Assembly: GCA_964016885.1 (NCBI GenBank)
Contig: OZ024740.1
Span: 101,432,001-101,496,000, forward strand
Reading direction: 5' to 3'
From: Eledone cirrhosa
Lineage: Eukaryota
Length of the DNA: 64,000 nucleotides
Shown piece by piece: positions 28,113 through 41,153 of the stretch. Under the pieces are notes generated by a model. It made no database searches, had not been told where the DNA came from, and worked only from the letters and a program-made list of their open reading frames with translations. Positions within the stretch are counted from its first letter, which is position 1. Each line of letters starts with the position of its first letter. The translations under genes and the position numbers were made by a program.

Positions 28113-28592
28113 GTTGACAATGATGTGTATGTATCTATATGAATGTATGTATATGTATATATATATATGTGTATATATGTATATATATGTATGTATGTAT
28201 GTATGTATATATGTATGTGCATGTATATATGTGTATGTATGTATATGTGTATGTATGTATATATGTGTATGTATATATATATGTGTGTATGTGTATCTGT
28301 ATATATGTATGTATGTGTATGTATGTATGTATATATGCGTATGTATATATATATATATATATTATGTGTATGTATATATATATATATAGGTATGTATATA
28401 TATATATATAGGTATGCGTATATATATGTGTATGTTTATGTATATATGTATATGTATCTGTATGTATATATGTATGTGTATGTATATGTGTATGAATATA
28501 TATATATATATGTGTGTATGCATGTATATATGTGTATGTATATATATATATATATATATGTGTGTATGTATATATATATATGTGTATGTATA

Positions 28593-29954
28593 TCTTTATA
28601 TATATAAAAGTGACGATGTGTGTGTGTCTGTGTACAACTTTGGATACCTAAGGCCTTTACAATTACCAACCGAATTTGACCAAATTTTGTGTGCACGTTG
28701 CACAGGTCGCTAAGATGGTCACATCACAAAGATTTTTCCAATCGACCCACGTTGAGCAATAAAAAATCGATATCAAAATTATCGGTAGCAAAATTGATGT
28801 AAGGGAGATAACCAATTTTATTGACAATCCTTATAAAAAAAAGGGAGATAACCAACTTTATTGACAATCCTTATAAAGAGAGTGAGATATGGAGACCTTT
28901 GTTTTCAATTTTAAAACAACAATCATCGTCGGACGAAATTTCAGAAATATAAACATCAGATTCATTTGAAGATAAATCACTAATATTATCGTTTGTTTCT
29001 TGTTTATTCTTTGTTGCACTTTCAAAGTTTAAAAAAAACACTTGTTGTTTTAACTTGTTTCACTATATTAAGTTCACTATATTAAGTTTACCTCCTAATA
29101 TCACTACTCCATAACTATGCAATGGTACACGCCTTGTGGTTAAAAAAACTGTCTCCACTTAGTATTGACGCTACCATTCTATCCGGATGTGGTAAAGGCG
29201 AGGATGTGATAATAACAAAAATTAGCCGGACTACATCAGGCGTGGATACTACCTTCTCCTTTCGCCAAAACCAATTTCCCCTTCGTGTTGCCTTTGCGAT
29301 GTCCATAAACATGTCGCAAGGTCAAACTCTGTCCGTCACTGGAATTCACTTGGATGAACCTTGCTTTTCGCACGGACAATTCTACGTTGCCTGCTCACGA
29401 GTTGGCAGTCGAGATAATCTCTGCGTTTGTTCCGAAAAGAAAAACAAAGAATATCGTCTATCCTAAAGTGCTTTAGTGTTAAAAAAACAACTTATTACAG
29501 CTCTGTCTTGACTTCACCTTACTCACCATACCAATGAATATGTCATGCAGGATATTTTGGATTATAAGTTCAAAATTTAACCATACACAGGATAGGATGC
29601 TCTCAAAGAATAGATTTTCTCTTATTCTACTCTTATTGTTTTTTTTTTTGTTTGTATACAACACTGCTTTCATTACAACCTTTTGTACTTTAGCAAAACT
29701 GCCTGTTTTTTTACAGATTTGCAACGTGTATTGTCTTTAATCATTTGTATAAATACATCCTGTTCAGTGTTTTTCATTATAATCAACATAGTTGTATGTG
29801 TACAAAGATTGCACTAAATATTCGTTTGCATTAATTATTGAAGACTTCTGCTTATTTTGACATGTTGGGGACAAATAATGTTCTTCTTTTACTTCCTAGA
29901 TGTATACACTAAGCATAATTTCAAATCCAGAGCAACGCCGGGTAAATCTGCTAG
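28593..29954 (+). mobile_element. Internally deleted Helitron with a Pif1 helicase C-terminal remnant (29122-29466)
   Basis: A|TC start; QFPLRVAFAMSINMSQGQTL, HGQFYVACSRV; GC-rich subterminal hairpin then CTAG|T at 29951-29955. Confidence 0.85.
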
Positions 29955-30109
29955 TATACATATATGTGTATGTATGTATATATATATATGTGTGTATGTA
30001 TATATATATGTGTGTGTATGTATATATATATATGTGTATGTATGTATATATATATATGTGTGTGTATGTATATATATATATATGTATATATATATATGTA
30101 TATATATAT

Positions 30110-30540
30110 GTGGCCATCCAAAATCACCGGGAGAGATGACCCCTTGGCCTTTGTCAAGGCAGAATTCTAGGAGAAGGAAAACTCTGATATAACACCTGCA
30201 ACTCTGATGGTATCCAATGATGTTGACTTGTTCTTCTTTTTGGTAAATATCATCTTGGTTAAGAGAGTGGGACTGGCTTTGTGCAGTGCCTTTGCTCCCT
30301 ATAAAAGCTTCACGGCACAGGCATTGCTTTATATCTGGAGATCTCTCTGCACTTGTCGTCACATGGTACCATGGGCCCAGCACTATGTGTCAATTATTGT
30401 CACAAGTTTATTGTTTGTACCAGAGTTTTCAAGTCGCTGGCTGGACTAAAAAGTCAAGACACTCGTTCAGCGCATCGGTAGGGGTTATCCTACATGGATA
30501 TAAAGTAGTGGCCGTACTCGAAAACGAGTTAGCAGCCACC
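30110..30540 (+). mobile_element. Probable LINE (RTE-like) 5' UTR fragment
   Basis: GC-richer island between microsatellites with ctaggagaaggaaaactctga, which resembles RTE 5' leaders (recognised by eye only). Confidence 0.35.
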
Positions 30541-30625
30541 ATATATATATGTGTATGTATGTATATATATATGTGTATGTATATATATAAATATATATCT
30601 ATATATGTGTATGTATATATATGTG

Positions 30626-30692
<67 letters not shown>

Positions 30693-30889
30693 ATGTATAT
30701 ATATATATGTGTGTGTATGTATGTGTATATATATATGTGTGTATCTATGTATCTATGTATCTATGTGTATATATATATATTGGTGTATGTATGTGTATGT
30801 ATATATATATATATGTGTATGCATATATATATAATATGTATGTATGTGCATGTATATATATATGTGTGTGTGTATATATATGTGTGTGT

Positions 30890-32950
30890 GTGGCCAGGAG
30901 GGAAGCTAGGAGACAAGTGTACTTCGCAAGAAGGGAAGCAGAGGAAAGAAATTTCAAGCATGTTCTGCAATGCGAGGAGCAAAAACGTGAGGTGTTCAGG
31001 ATTGCTAGGCAATGTGTCAAGGATAACTGTGATATTGTCGGGGAGAAGTGTGTCCGTAATGATGATGGTGTACTTGCCATCACTGACGCTGAGAAGAAGG
31101 TAGCTTGGAAGTATCACTACGAAAGGCTACTAAATGAGGAGAATAAATGGGAGAAATACAATCTCCCCCACATCGATCCAATAGAGGGACCAGCAGTGCA
31201 AGTTGAAGGTAGTATAATAAGTAAGGCAATCAAAGATATGAAGACGGGCAAGGCGGCTGGGCCTTCGGAAATAGTTGCTGAAATGCTGAAAGCATCTGGG
31301 ACACACTACGGTCACTCGGATAATAAACCAAGTTACACAGAATGGGGTCGTCCCAAAGGACTGGCTGAGCAGCATCATCATTAACTGCTACAAGGGTAAA
31401 GGAGACGCCCTAGATAGGGGAAACTATAGAGGCATTAAATTAATTGACCAGGTCATGAAGTTCACAGAAAAAGTTATGGCGCAACTAATCAAAGAGCGAA
31501 TTGATCTAGATGAAATGCAGTTCGGGTTTGTGTCAGGTAAAAGTACCACAGACGCTCTTTTCATTGTACGGCAACTACAGGAGAAGTACCTAGCTAAAAG
31601 TAAACCCCTATACTTAGCTTTTGTAAACAGAGTCACCGCTCCATTATCTGGTGGGCTTTTAGAAAACTAGGTGTAGATGAATGGCTTGTGAGAGCTATAC
31701 AAACCATGTATAAAGAAACAGTCAGCAAGGTTAGAATTAACAACGAATATAGTGAAGAGTTTAGCGTAAAAGTTGGTGTTGATCAGGGCTCTCAGGGCTC
31801 CGTCCTTAGCCCTGCTCCTATTTATTATCGCCCTCCAAGCCATAACGGAGGAGATCAAGACCGGCTGCCCATGGGAACTTCTATACGCAGATTATTTAAC
31901 GCTCATAGCCGAATCAATGGCTGAACTAGAGAAGAAATTCCAAACATGGAAGCATGGCCTATAATCAAAAGGCCTTAAAGTTAACTTGTCTAAGACTAAA
32001 GTCCTAATATGTAGGAAGGAGAATCGGGCACTGGTCCCATCTGGGAAATGGCCATCCTCAGTGTGTAGGAAAGGAGTAGGCAGAAACTCCATTTTATGTC
32101 CCAAATGCAAAGTATGTGTGCATAAAAGATGTAGTGGAATCACAGGTAAGCTAACTAAGAATCTAGATTGTATATGTGGCCGCTGCTCTGGTGAAATAAG
32201 TAACAGCAAATGCCCACAGAATACTAGCTCATTCCATTGGTCAGATAGATCTATAGAAGTAGTGGACACCTTCTGTTACCTGGGTGACAAAATCAGCAGT
32301 GGTGGAGGGGGCTCCGAAAGTACTGTAGCCAGAGTTCGAACGGGATAGAAAAAGTTCAGAGAGTTTATACCACTATTGGCCGCTAAAGGTTTCTCTCTAA
32401 AAATAAAAGGCAAGCTGTATGATGCCTGCATACGAACAGCGATGTTACATGGCAGTGAAACATGGGCATTGTGTGCAGAGGATCTACGCAGATTGGAGAG
32501 AAACGAAGCTTGCATGCACTGTTGGATGTGTAATAGTAATATACGCGAACGGCAAAGCATAAATGAACTAAGTGAGAAATTAGGAATAAGAGGGATCAGA
32601 TGCTGTTTACTCGAGAGAAGACTACGTTGGTATGGTTACGTGATGCGCATGACATAACAGCTGTATAAAAAAAGTGCAGGGCGATCAAAATAGAAGGTAG
32701 CTACGGAGTAGGTAGACCCAGAAAAATTTGGGACGACTTGATAAAATCCGACTTCACAAACTTACATCTCCCCAAGACAATGTCACTGGACCGAGAACTT
32801 TGGCGCTACGCAGTAATACAGAAGACCCGCCTGGCCTAAGTACAAAGCGAAACCTACAGTCAGTAGGCACCTCTTAACCAAAATACACCCCCGTCCAAAC
32901 CCATGCCAGCGTGGAAAATGGACGTTAAATGATGATGATGATGATGATGA
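30890..32950 (+). mobile_element. RTE LINE, 5'-truncated, with stops and frameshifts
   Basis: KAAGPS, NYRGI, QFGF, LYAD, WYGYV; (ATG)n tail at 32928-32950. Confidence 0.92.
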
Positions 32951-33496
32951 TATATATATATGTATCTGTATGTATATATATGTGTATGAATGTATATATA
33001 TATATATGTATGTATGTATATGTATATATGTGTGTATGTATGTATATATATATGTGTGTATGTATATATATATGTGTGTATATATATGTGTATGTATGTA
33101 TATATATATGTGTATATATATGTGTATGTATATATATATATGTGTATCCATATATATATATGTGTATGTATGTATATATATATGTGTGTGTATGTATATA
33201 TATATGTATGTAGATATATGTTTGTATATATATATATATATATGTATGTATGTGTATGTATATATATATATATATATATATGCGTGTGTGTATGTATGTG
33301 TATGTATATACATATATGTATCTGTATATATATGTATATATATATATGGATATATATGTATATATATATGTATATATATATGTATATATATATGTATATA
33401 TATATATATGTATATATATATGTATATGTATATATGTATCTGTATATATATATGTATATATGTATATGTATATAAATATATATATGTATATATCTA

Positions 33497-33543
<47 letters not shown>

Positions 33544-33646
33544 TAATACATTTGAATACTAAAATCCAAAGAGGTCTCGATGAAGATAAATATATATTAA
33601 ATATATAAGAACCGTAGAGCAAATATTTATTAAAATAACAGATTAA

Positions 33647-33697
33647 AGTTTAAACAAAGAATCGCTGCTTTCACCCTTAACGGGTTCTTCTGAAACT
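33647..33697 (-). ncRNA. Hammerhead-like fold in the inverted pLTR (CAGAAGA core variant)
   Basis: AGTTT-CAGAAGA-ACCC-gttaa-GGGT-GAA-AGCA..TGTT-T-AAACT. Confidence 0.6.
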
Positions 33698-34007
33698 AAC
33701 AAAGTCAATCTGTGATGTATTTATTTAATTTCATTTACCTCTGTATTTTATTTACTTTATTCTTAACTCTGAAGCCGAGAATCATTCGGTTTCCTAGTTA
33801 GAATTTTAGTCTACGACTTCTTTTATACCTTAAACGTGGTTTTGTCTTTGCGTGTAATTGTTTTTCACCGCTCCAAATAATGACGTATTCGTTTCTCCAA
33901 TCTTTGCCAGGGAACGTTTCCACGAACCAAAGTATCGTCTTCCTGTCTTCCTCCGGTTGCGACGTTTTTTGAATTATTCTCTTCTGCGTTCACAGATTGA
34001 CTCTGTT

Positions 34008-34058
34008 AGTTTCAGAAGATCCCGTTAAGGGTGAAAGCAGCGATTCTTTACTTAAACT
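34008..34058 (+). ncRNA. Hammerhead-like fold in the 5' pLTR
   Basis: AGTTT-CAGAAGA-TCCC-gttaa-GGGT-GAA-AGCA..TACT-T-AAACT. Confidence 0.55.
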
Positions 34059-34211
34059 TTAATCTGTTATTTTAATAAATATTTGCTCTACAGTTCTTAT
34101 ATATATGATATATATTATCCTTATCGAGCCCTCTTTGGATTTTAGTCTTCAAATTTATTATTATTACTATTTGGCTCCCTCGGTTGAGCACTCTATTGAG
34201 ATATATTCATC

Positions 34212-36332
34212 ATGCAGAAACAACATCTGAATATTTCTACAAAGAACATACCCGTACCAAGCAGGAAATCATACCTAAAACTCCTGATACAGAAAACAGA
34301 CGCGTTCATTAAAAGGTTGCGTTGGCGTGCCTTTTATTTCGATAATCAGGGAAAAGCAGACAACAAACAGGATAAATTTGGGTTTAAAACCTATAATAAC
34401 CCTCCGAGTAACACAGCATAGCTACCCTTCGAAAATGATGTCTTGGAACTCATACGGTGTATCAATTTTCGGAATAGGAGCAATTCCTTCCAGCAGGACC
34501 TGAAGAATAGAATTCGTTCTATTAAGGATTCTAATGCCGTGCACGTCCATTCCGACAAAACTGGCAATCTATATCAAGTGGAGCCTAGTACTTACCATCA
34601 ACTGCTACATAATGCTGTAACTAAAGACTACCGTAAAACTAATCGGTGCGTCATTAATGAAATCAACGATGCTGTGTTTAAAATCACCTCTGATCTCAAC
34701 ATGTTGGACCGGGCTGAACCTCTGGACCCTATTTCACCCCACTTTACCCTGAAGGATCACAAATCCAATTTTCCAAACAACCCCTCTATTCGGCTTATTA
34801 ACCCTACGAAATCCGATTTAAGTAGACTTAGTAAAGGATTCTTGATAGTATCATACCTGAAATTAGAAGTTTGGCCCCTCTTGCACTGTGGAACAATTCT
34901 TTCGCGGTGATTGATTGGTTCAACGGCATATGCAACAAGGAACACTAATTCGACATCAATAATTACTACTCCTCCATCACTTTACCACTTCTCCTTAGAG
35001 CTATCAATTTCGCTTAAACACTCACAGTGGTTAAGGATTTCGAAGTTTATGTCATCCTCAATGCCCGTAAGTCGGTGATTAATTTCGACGACTCTATTTG
35101 GATTAAAAAAATCTAATAGTACCCCAACCTCATTCGACGTGAGTATGGGCGCCAACGATTCTGCGGAGGTTACTGATCGTATCGGCCTTTTCCTTCTTTT
35201 CTCTATCAAGGAAGAATTCCCCAACGTGGGCGGTGGTTTGTACCGTGATGATGGTCTTTTGACCATGACTAAGTGCGGCCCACGTGCTTGCGACAGGTTC
35301 AGAAAAGAACTCACAGCCTTCTTTAAAGGCTTCAACCTCTCCATACAGGTTGAGGCCAACCTCTCGGTCGTTAATTACCTCGACGTTACACTCAATTTAT
35401 CGAATGGATTGCATTACCCGTATAGAAAGCCGAATGATACGCTTAATTACATAACTAACATTCTAACCATCCTGCGAGCATAACCAAGAACATAGTAAGA
35501 AACGTTTCTTTGAGGCTTTCCAGTCTATCTATTAACGAGCATATTTTCAACGACCATTCCACATATTACAATGAAGCTCTTGATCGGAGTGGATTTGTCG
35601 ATATGGTAGCATATACAGAGTACGAGAATAGACCTAGAAGAAATAGATGCCGACGCATTATATGGTATTACCCACTATATAATATGGAAGTGGCCACACA
35701 ATTAGCTAAGATCTTTCTCTCCCTTATTATGAAGCATTTTCCCCCTACACATAAATATAGTGAAATTTTCATAGAAATTCTATTAAAATTTCTTACTCTA
35801 CGACTCCTAACCTTGCACATGACATCACAGCTTCAAATTTAGCTAAACTACCTAGCCGTATGAACACGTGCAACCCTGTAGTTAGTACTAACTGTAATTG
35901 TAGGAATCGGATTGACTGCCCCTATCCGGGAAATGCCTCTCTAGTAACATTGTCTACAAATGTAAGGTTGAAACACCCACGTCTCGTAGGGCCTACATAG
36001 GGTTAACCGCCAATAGATTCAAGCAGCGTCTTTACATGCATACCCATTCTTTACGTTACCATTAAAGAAGGAATAGGACGTCACTTTCAGCTTATATCTG
36101 GAGTCTAAAAGACAACCACACCCAATATAAGTTACACTGGGAGATCCTAGCTAGGGCTAGATCGTATAACGGAAATAAAAGACCATGTGACATCTGCGCC
36201 GCTGAGGCCTTGGAAATACTCTACGTCAAAAACCACATCTTAAACAAAAAATCTGAGGCAATTTCGGCTTGTAAACATAAATTGCACAAAACTTTCCTGT
36301 ATTACAGCCCCACATTATACCCTAACGGATAG
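34212..36332 (+). pseudogene. PLE RT-GIY-YIG polyprotein, disrupted
   Basis: KNIPVP..IKRLRWRA, SDKTGN, RLINP, MGANDSAE, YRDDGL, CNCRNRIDCP, IVY..AYIG..FKQR, CDIC..E, LNKKSE..CKH; TAG at 36330-36332. Confidence 0.88.
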
Positions 36333-36718
36333 AATGAACTATACGCGGATATTTTAAGTCCTGATGTGGTAGCTAAGTATATGTTATGTTTATACCATTA
36401 CTTATTTGTATAGGTAAGTATATATTACCTGTATGTTTTGTGAAGGTACGTATACTTTCTCGTACGTATATTTGATTGTATATGTTATGGCGTATATATT
36501 ATATATTCTGGTACATATGCTTTTGGTTATGTGTATACGTGAGTTTTGCGTCTGTGTGAGTATGCGGGTTCGTACGTATGTAGGGTGTGTTTATATGTGT
36601 ACTTCGTGTTTTGTTTGACGTACGGCTCCGAACATAAGTGTATTTACATGTAGGTAAGTGTGTGCGCTTGTTATATACGTATTTATTTATTTATATACGT
36701 TTATTTAATTATATGTAT

Positions 36719-36752
<34 letters not shown>

Positions 36753-37359
36753 GTTTATGTGTATTTGGTGTATACATTCGTATGCGTGCGGGTACAGGCG
36801 TTGCGTGGGTTCTGTATGTGCGTGCGAATTTTTTTTTTTTTTGTGTACGTGCGTGTATTTGTATACCTATGGCGAGTGTTTTCGCGTATGCTTGTGTATG
36901 TACGTATATGGATGCGTGTATGTATTTTATTAATTTCATTTACCTCTGTATTTTATTTACTTTATTCTTAACTCTGAAGCCGAGAATCATTCGGTTTCCT
37001 AGTTAGAATTTTAGTCTACGACATCGGTTATACCATTTACGTGGTTTTGTCTTTGCGTGCAATTGTTCTCCACGCTCGACATATGACATATTATCTTCAT
37101 TTTCTCCGTTCATTGCCAGAGAACGTCTCTATGAACCACCTAATAGAATATGAGTCTACGACTTCTTTTATACTATAAATGTGGTTTTGTCTTTGTGTGT
37201 AATTGTTTTTCACCGCTCCAAATAATGACGTATTATATTCGTTTTTTCCCGTTATTTGCCAGGGAACGTTTCCACGAACCAAAGTATCGTCTTCCTGTCT
37301 TCCTCCGGTTGCAACGTTTTTTGAAATATTCACTTCTGCGTTCACAGATTGAATTTGTT

Positions 37360-37410
37360 AGTTTCAGAAGATCTCGTTAAGGGTGAAAGCAGCGATTCTT
37401 TGCTTAAACT
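37360..37410 (+). ncRNA. Hammerhead-like fold in the 3' pLTR
   Basis: AGTTT-CAGAAGA-TCTC-gttaa-GGGT-GAA-AGCA..TGCT-T-AAACT. Confidence 0.55.
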
Positions 37411-37484
37411 TTAATCTGTTATTTTAATAAATATATATATATATATATATATTAACAAATGGAAACTATATTTCTAAAACCATA

Positions 37485-37554
37485 TATATTTCATTATACA
37501 TATTACAAGGGCCACCAAGGCAAACTATGGTGCGCTTTCATCAGATAAAATATA
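37485..37554 (-). ncRNA. Type I hammerhead fold with a GAAA>GTAA change, in a separate cassette (37452-37725)
   Basis: 10-bp stem I TATATTTTAT/ATGAAATATA, CTGATGA, imperfect stem II of about 9 bp, quasi-palindromic stem III, AUA triplet. Confidence 0.6.
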
Positions 37555-37746
37555 ATATAGGTTAGTTTTATAAATAAATATTGACATACCCAGAAAAAAT
37601 GCAACCACTCTGGTTGGAATCTCCTGGATAGTATATATTGTATTTACTCCAATAATTTGTTGAGTTCTTTATATCAGTTATAAAAATATTTTGCTTTTTG
37701 TATCCCAACAAATTAAATATACCCTCTACACATACATATATATGTA

Positions 37747-37791
<45 letters not shown>

Positions 37792-37850
37792 CTGTATATA
37801 TATATATGTATCTGTATATATATATATGTATCTGTATATGTATATAAATA

Positions 37851-37907
<57 letters not shown>

Positions 37908-37960
37908 CTATGTATATAAATATCTGTATATATATATATATGTATCTATGTATATAAATA

Positions 37961-38009
<49 letters not shown>

Positions 38010-38125
38010 ATATATGTATCTGTATATATATATAAATATATATATATGTATATGTATACATGTATCTGTATAAATATGTATATATGATATATATCTATAT
38101 GTATATAGATATATATAATATATAC

Positions 38126-38932
38126 ATTCATCAACAACTAGTTTTCTAAGAGTCCACCAGATAATGGAGCGGAGGACTCTGTCAAAGGCTTTCTCCGAGT
38201 CAACAAAAGCTAAGTATAGGGGTTTACTTTTAGCTAGGTACTTCTCCTGTAGTTGTCGTACAATGAAAAGAGCGTCTGTGGTACTTTTACCTGACACAAA
38301 CCCGAACTGCATTTCATCTAGATCAATTCGTTCTCTGATTAGTTGCGCTATTATTTTTCTGTGACCTTCATGACCTGGTCGATTAATTTAATGCTTCTAT
38401 AGTTACCCCTATCTAGGGAATCTCCTTTACCCTTGTAGCAGTTAATGATGATGATGCTACGCCAGTCCTTCGGAACGGCCATTCTGTATGACTTGGTTTA
38501 CTATCCGGGTGACCATAGTGTGTCCCACCGTTCCAGATGCTTTTAGCATTTCAGCAACTATTTCCGAAGGCCCAGCCGCCTTACACGTCTTCATATCTTT
38601 GATTGCCTTACTTATTATACTACCTTCAACTAGCACTGCTGGTCCCTCTAGTGGATTGATGTGGGGGAGACTGTCTTTCTCCCATTTATTCTCCTCATTT
38701 AGTAGCCTTTCGTATTGACACTTCCAAGCTACCTTCTTATCAGCGTCAGTGATGGCAATTACACCATCATCATTAAGGACACACTTCTCCCCGACAATAT
38801 CACGGTTTTCCTTGACACATTGCCTAGCAAACCTGAACACCTCGCGTTTTTGGTCCTCGCGTTGCATAACATGCTTGAACTGTCATTCCTCTGCTTCCCT
38901 TCTAGCGAAGTACACTTGTCTCCTAGCTTCCC
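38126..38932 (-). mobile_element. RTE LINE internal fragment
   Basis: Inverted homolog of 30898-31680 ([19 protein letters not shown]). Confidence 0.9.
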
Positions 38933-39900
38933 CCATAAGGATGAAAGGCAAAGTTAACCTCGGCGGGATTTGAACTCAGAATGGCAAGGGCCATAACTCT
39001 ATGCGTCAAAGCATGGCGTCCAACGCTCTACCGATACTGCCAATCCACCGTGCATATATATCTGTATATATATATATATGTATGTATCTGTATGTATGTA
39101 TTTTTTCTCACTAGTCAGTTCTTTCGTTTTTACAGATCACGCGGCTGAATTGGCGGTCGCTATCTTCAATTTGCAAAGCCCTTTAAACTGTATGTTATTA
39201 CCTTGTCGAGTGCTTGGCTGCACTGCTGAAGTCATTCGTTGGCTTAGGTGCTGCTCGAACTTCGAATATGCTGTACTTTCATTTGTATATATATATATAT
39301 ACAATGTATATATGTATATATATAATGTATATATATATAATTGTTTCTACTTTAGGCACAAGGCCACCAATTACCCAGTGCATTACTGGTACTTTATTTT
39401 ATCGACCCCGTAAGGATGAAAGGCAAAGTCAACCTCGGCGGGATTTGAACTCAGATCGTAAAGGGACGTAACTATGCTGGAAAGCATGGCGTCCGACCCT
39501 CTACCGATACTGCCAATCCACTGCCAATGTATATATATATAATGTATATATATGTATATGTATAATGTATATATGTATATATATATTGTATATATATATA
39601 TAATGTATATATGTATATATATAATGTATATATGTATATATATATATTGTATATATATATATAATGTATATATTTATATATATATATATATAATGTATAT
39701 ATATATATATAATGTATATATTTATATGTATATATAATTGTTTCTACTTTTGGCACAAGGGCAGCAATTACTCAGTGTATTACTGGTTCTTTATTTTATC
39801 GACCCCATAAGGATGAAAGGCAAAGTTAACCTCGGCGGGATTTGAACTCAGAATGGCAAGGGCCGTAACTCTATGCATCAAAGCATGATGTCCAACCCTG
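38932..39900 (-). mobile_element. Cluster of three family-B SINE copies (38932-39050, 39337-39527, 39734-39898)
   Basis: Repeated taaggatgaaaggcaaagt..aacctcggcgggatttgaactcag. Confidence 0.85.
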
Positions 39901-40005
39901 TATATATATATGTATATATAAATGTATATATATATAAATATAATATATATGTGTATATATATATAATGTATATATATATAAATATAATGTATATATATAT
40001 ATATG

Positions 40006-40321
40006 TATTAGTAAAAAGGAAAAGAAAATGCTGACAAATTTTCCCCAGTGAAAAATAGTTTAATTAGGAACAAGTATAAATTAGTAATAAGTATTGGTTA
40101 GTATTCAGTTTTAGTTTTAAGTTTTTACCGGTTGCTCATTTCCCAGATGAGAGCAAAAATCACGAGCGCTCTATCTCAAAATTATTTTTGAAAAGCATTA
40201 GAAATGCGCAAGCGGTAAACACTTAAAACTAAAACTGAATACTAACCAATACTTATTACTAATTTAAACTATTTTTCACTGGGAAAAATTTGTCAGCATT
40301 TTCTTTTCCTTTTTACTAATA
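40006..40321. repeat. Fold-back cassette with a degenerate hammerhead-like motif
   Basis: Inverted arms of more than 100 bp; TTGAAAA-GCAT-tagaa-ATGC-GCAA-GCGG-TA at 40188-40217. Confidence 0.65.
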
Positions 40322-40382
40322 TATCAAATCTCGTGTGTCACACCTCTATTTTTTTAAATATACATATATATATATATATATA

Positions 40383-40686
40383 TCATCATCATTTCATCAT
40401 TTCATTTTACGTCCGCTTTTCCCTGCTTGCAAGGGTGGGACGGGAACTGATGCTGGCTTGATTTCTACAGCTGGATGCCCTTCCTAACACTAACCTCATT
40501 TACAGTGAGTGCTGGGTGCTTTTTCGCCGTGGCACCTCCACGACCACTTTACAGTGGAATGATATGGACCCCAGTCCCTATCATCTCATTTCTACAGCTG
40601 AGTAAACTGGAGCAATGTGAAATAAAGTGTCTTGCTCAAGGAAACAACACATCACCCGGTCTTGAACTCACAACCTTTCGATTGCA
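40383..40686 (-). mobile_element. tRNA-derived SINE family A (RTE-type tail), head-truncated
   Basis: Reverse complement of 40770-41072. Confidence 0.85.
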
Positions 40687-40731
40687 TATATATATAATGT
40701 ATATATATATATATATATAATATGTATATAT

Positions 40732-41072
40732 GGAGGCACATGGCTTAGTGGTTAAAGCATTGGCCTTGCAATCGAAAGGTTGTGAGTTCAATTCTCAGAC
40801 CGGGTGATGTGTTGTTTCCTTGAGCAAGACACTTTATTTCACATTGCTCCAGTTTACTCAGCTGTAGAAATGAGATGATAGGGACAAAGGTCCATATCAT
40901 TCCACTGCAAAGTGGTCGTGGAGGTGCCATGGCAAAAAAGCACCCAGCACTCACTGTAAATGAGGTTGGTGTTAGGAAGTGAATCCAGCTGTAGAAATCA
41001 AGCCAGAATCAGTTCCCGTCCCACCCTTCCAAGCAGGGAAAAAGCGGACGTAAAATGAAATGATGAAATGAT
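40732..41072 (+). mobile_element. tRNA-derived SINE family A, full length
   Basis: A box TGGCTTAGTGG, B box GTTCAATTC; tail shared with the RTE 3' UTR; (ATGAA/ATG)n end. Confidence 0.88.
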
Positions 41073-41080
41073 ACATATAT

Positions 41081-41121
<41 letters not shown>

Positions 41122-41153
41122 AGAATAGTTTCGAAACAACGAGTGGATTTGAA

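Larger units (their letters stand above)
33540..37433 (+). mobile_element. Penelope-like retroelement (C-terminal GIY-YIG, Hydra-clade-like) in (TA)n
   Basis: Inverted pLTR piece 33540-33715, 5' pLTR 33716-34085, decayed ORF, 3' pLTR 36921-37433; (TA)n on both sides. Confidence 0.9.

Noticed and set aside
29122-29466. Host PIF1 helicase gene
   Set aside because: Only C-terminal motifs, enclosed by Helitron termini
30110-30200. HDV-like ribozyme at a putative RTE 5' end
   Set aside because: Plausible for RTE leaders, but the nested double pseudoknot could not be assembled by eye
28114-33569. Long YI/IY/CV-rich ORFs here and at 3084-3389, 18504-18980, 37691-38137 and 50689-51329
   Set aside because: Translations of (TA)n/(TATG)n microsatellites, which lack stop codons; not genes
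34212-36332. Selenocysteine recoding as reported for some PLE clades
   Set aside because: The interruptions checked are TAG/TAA stops and frameshifts, and the Cys motifs use normal codons; ordinary decay
40732-40800. tRNA gene-like A/B boxes (also the family B heads)
   Set aside because: No full cloverleaf and each continues into a SINE body; these are SINE heads
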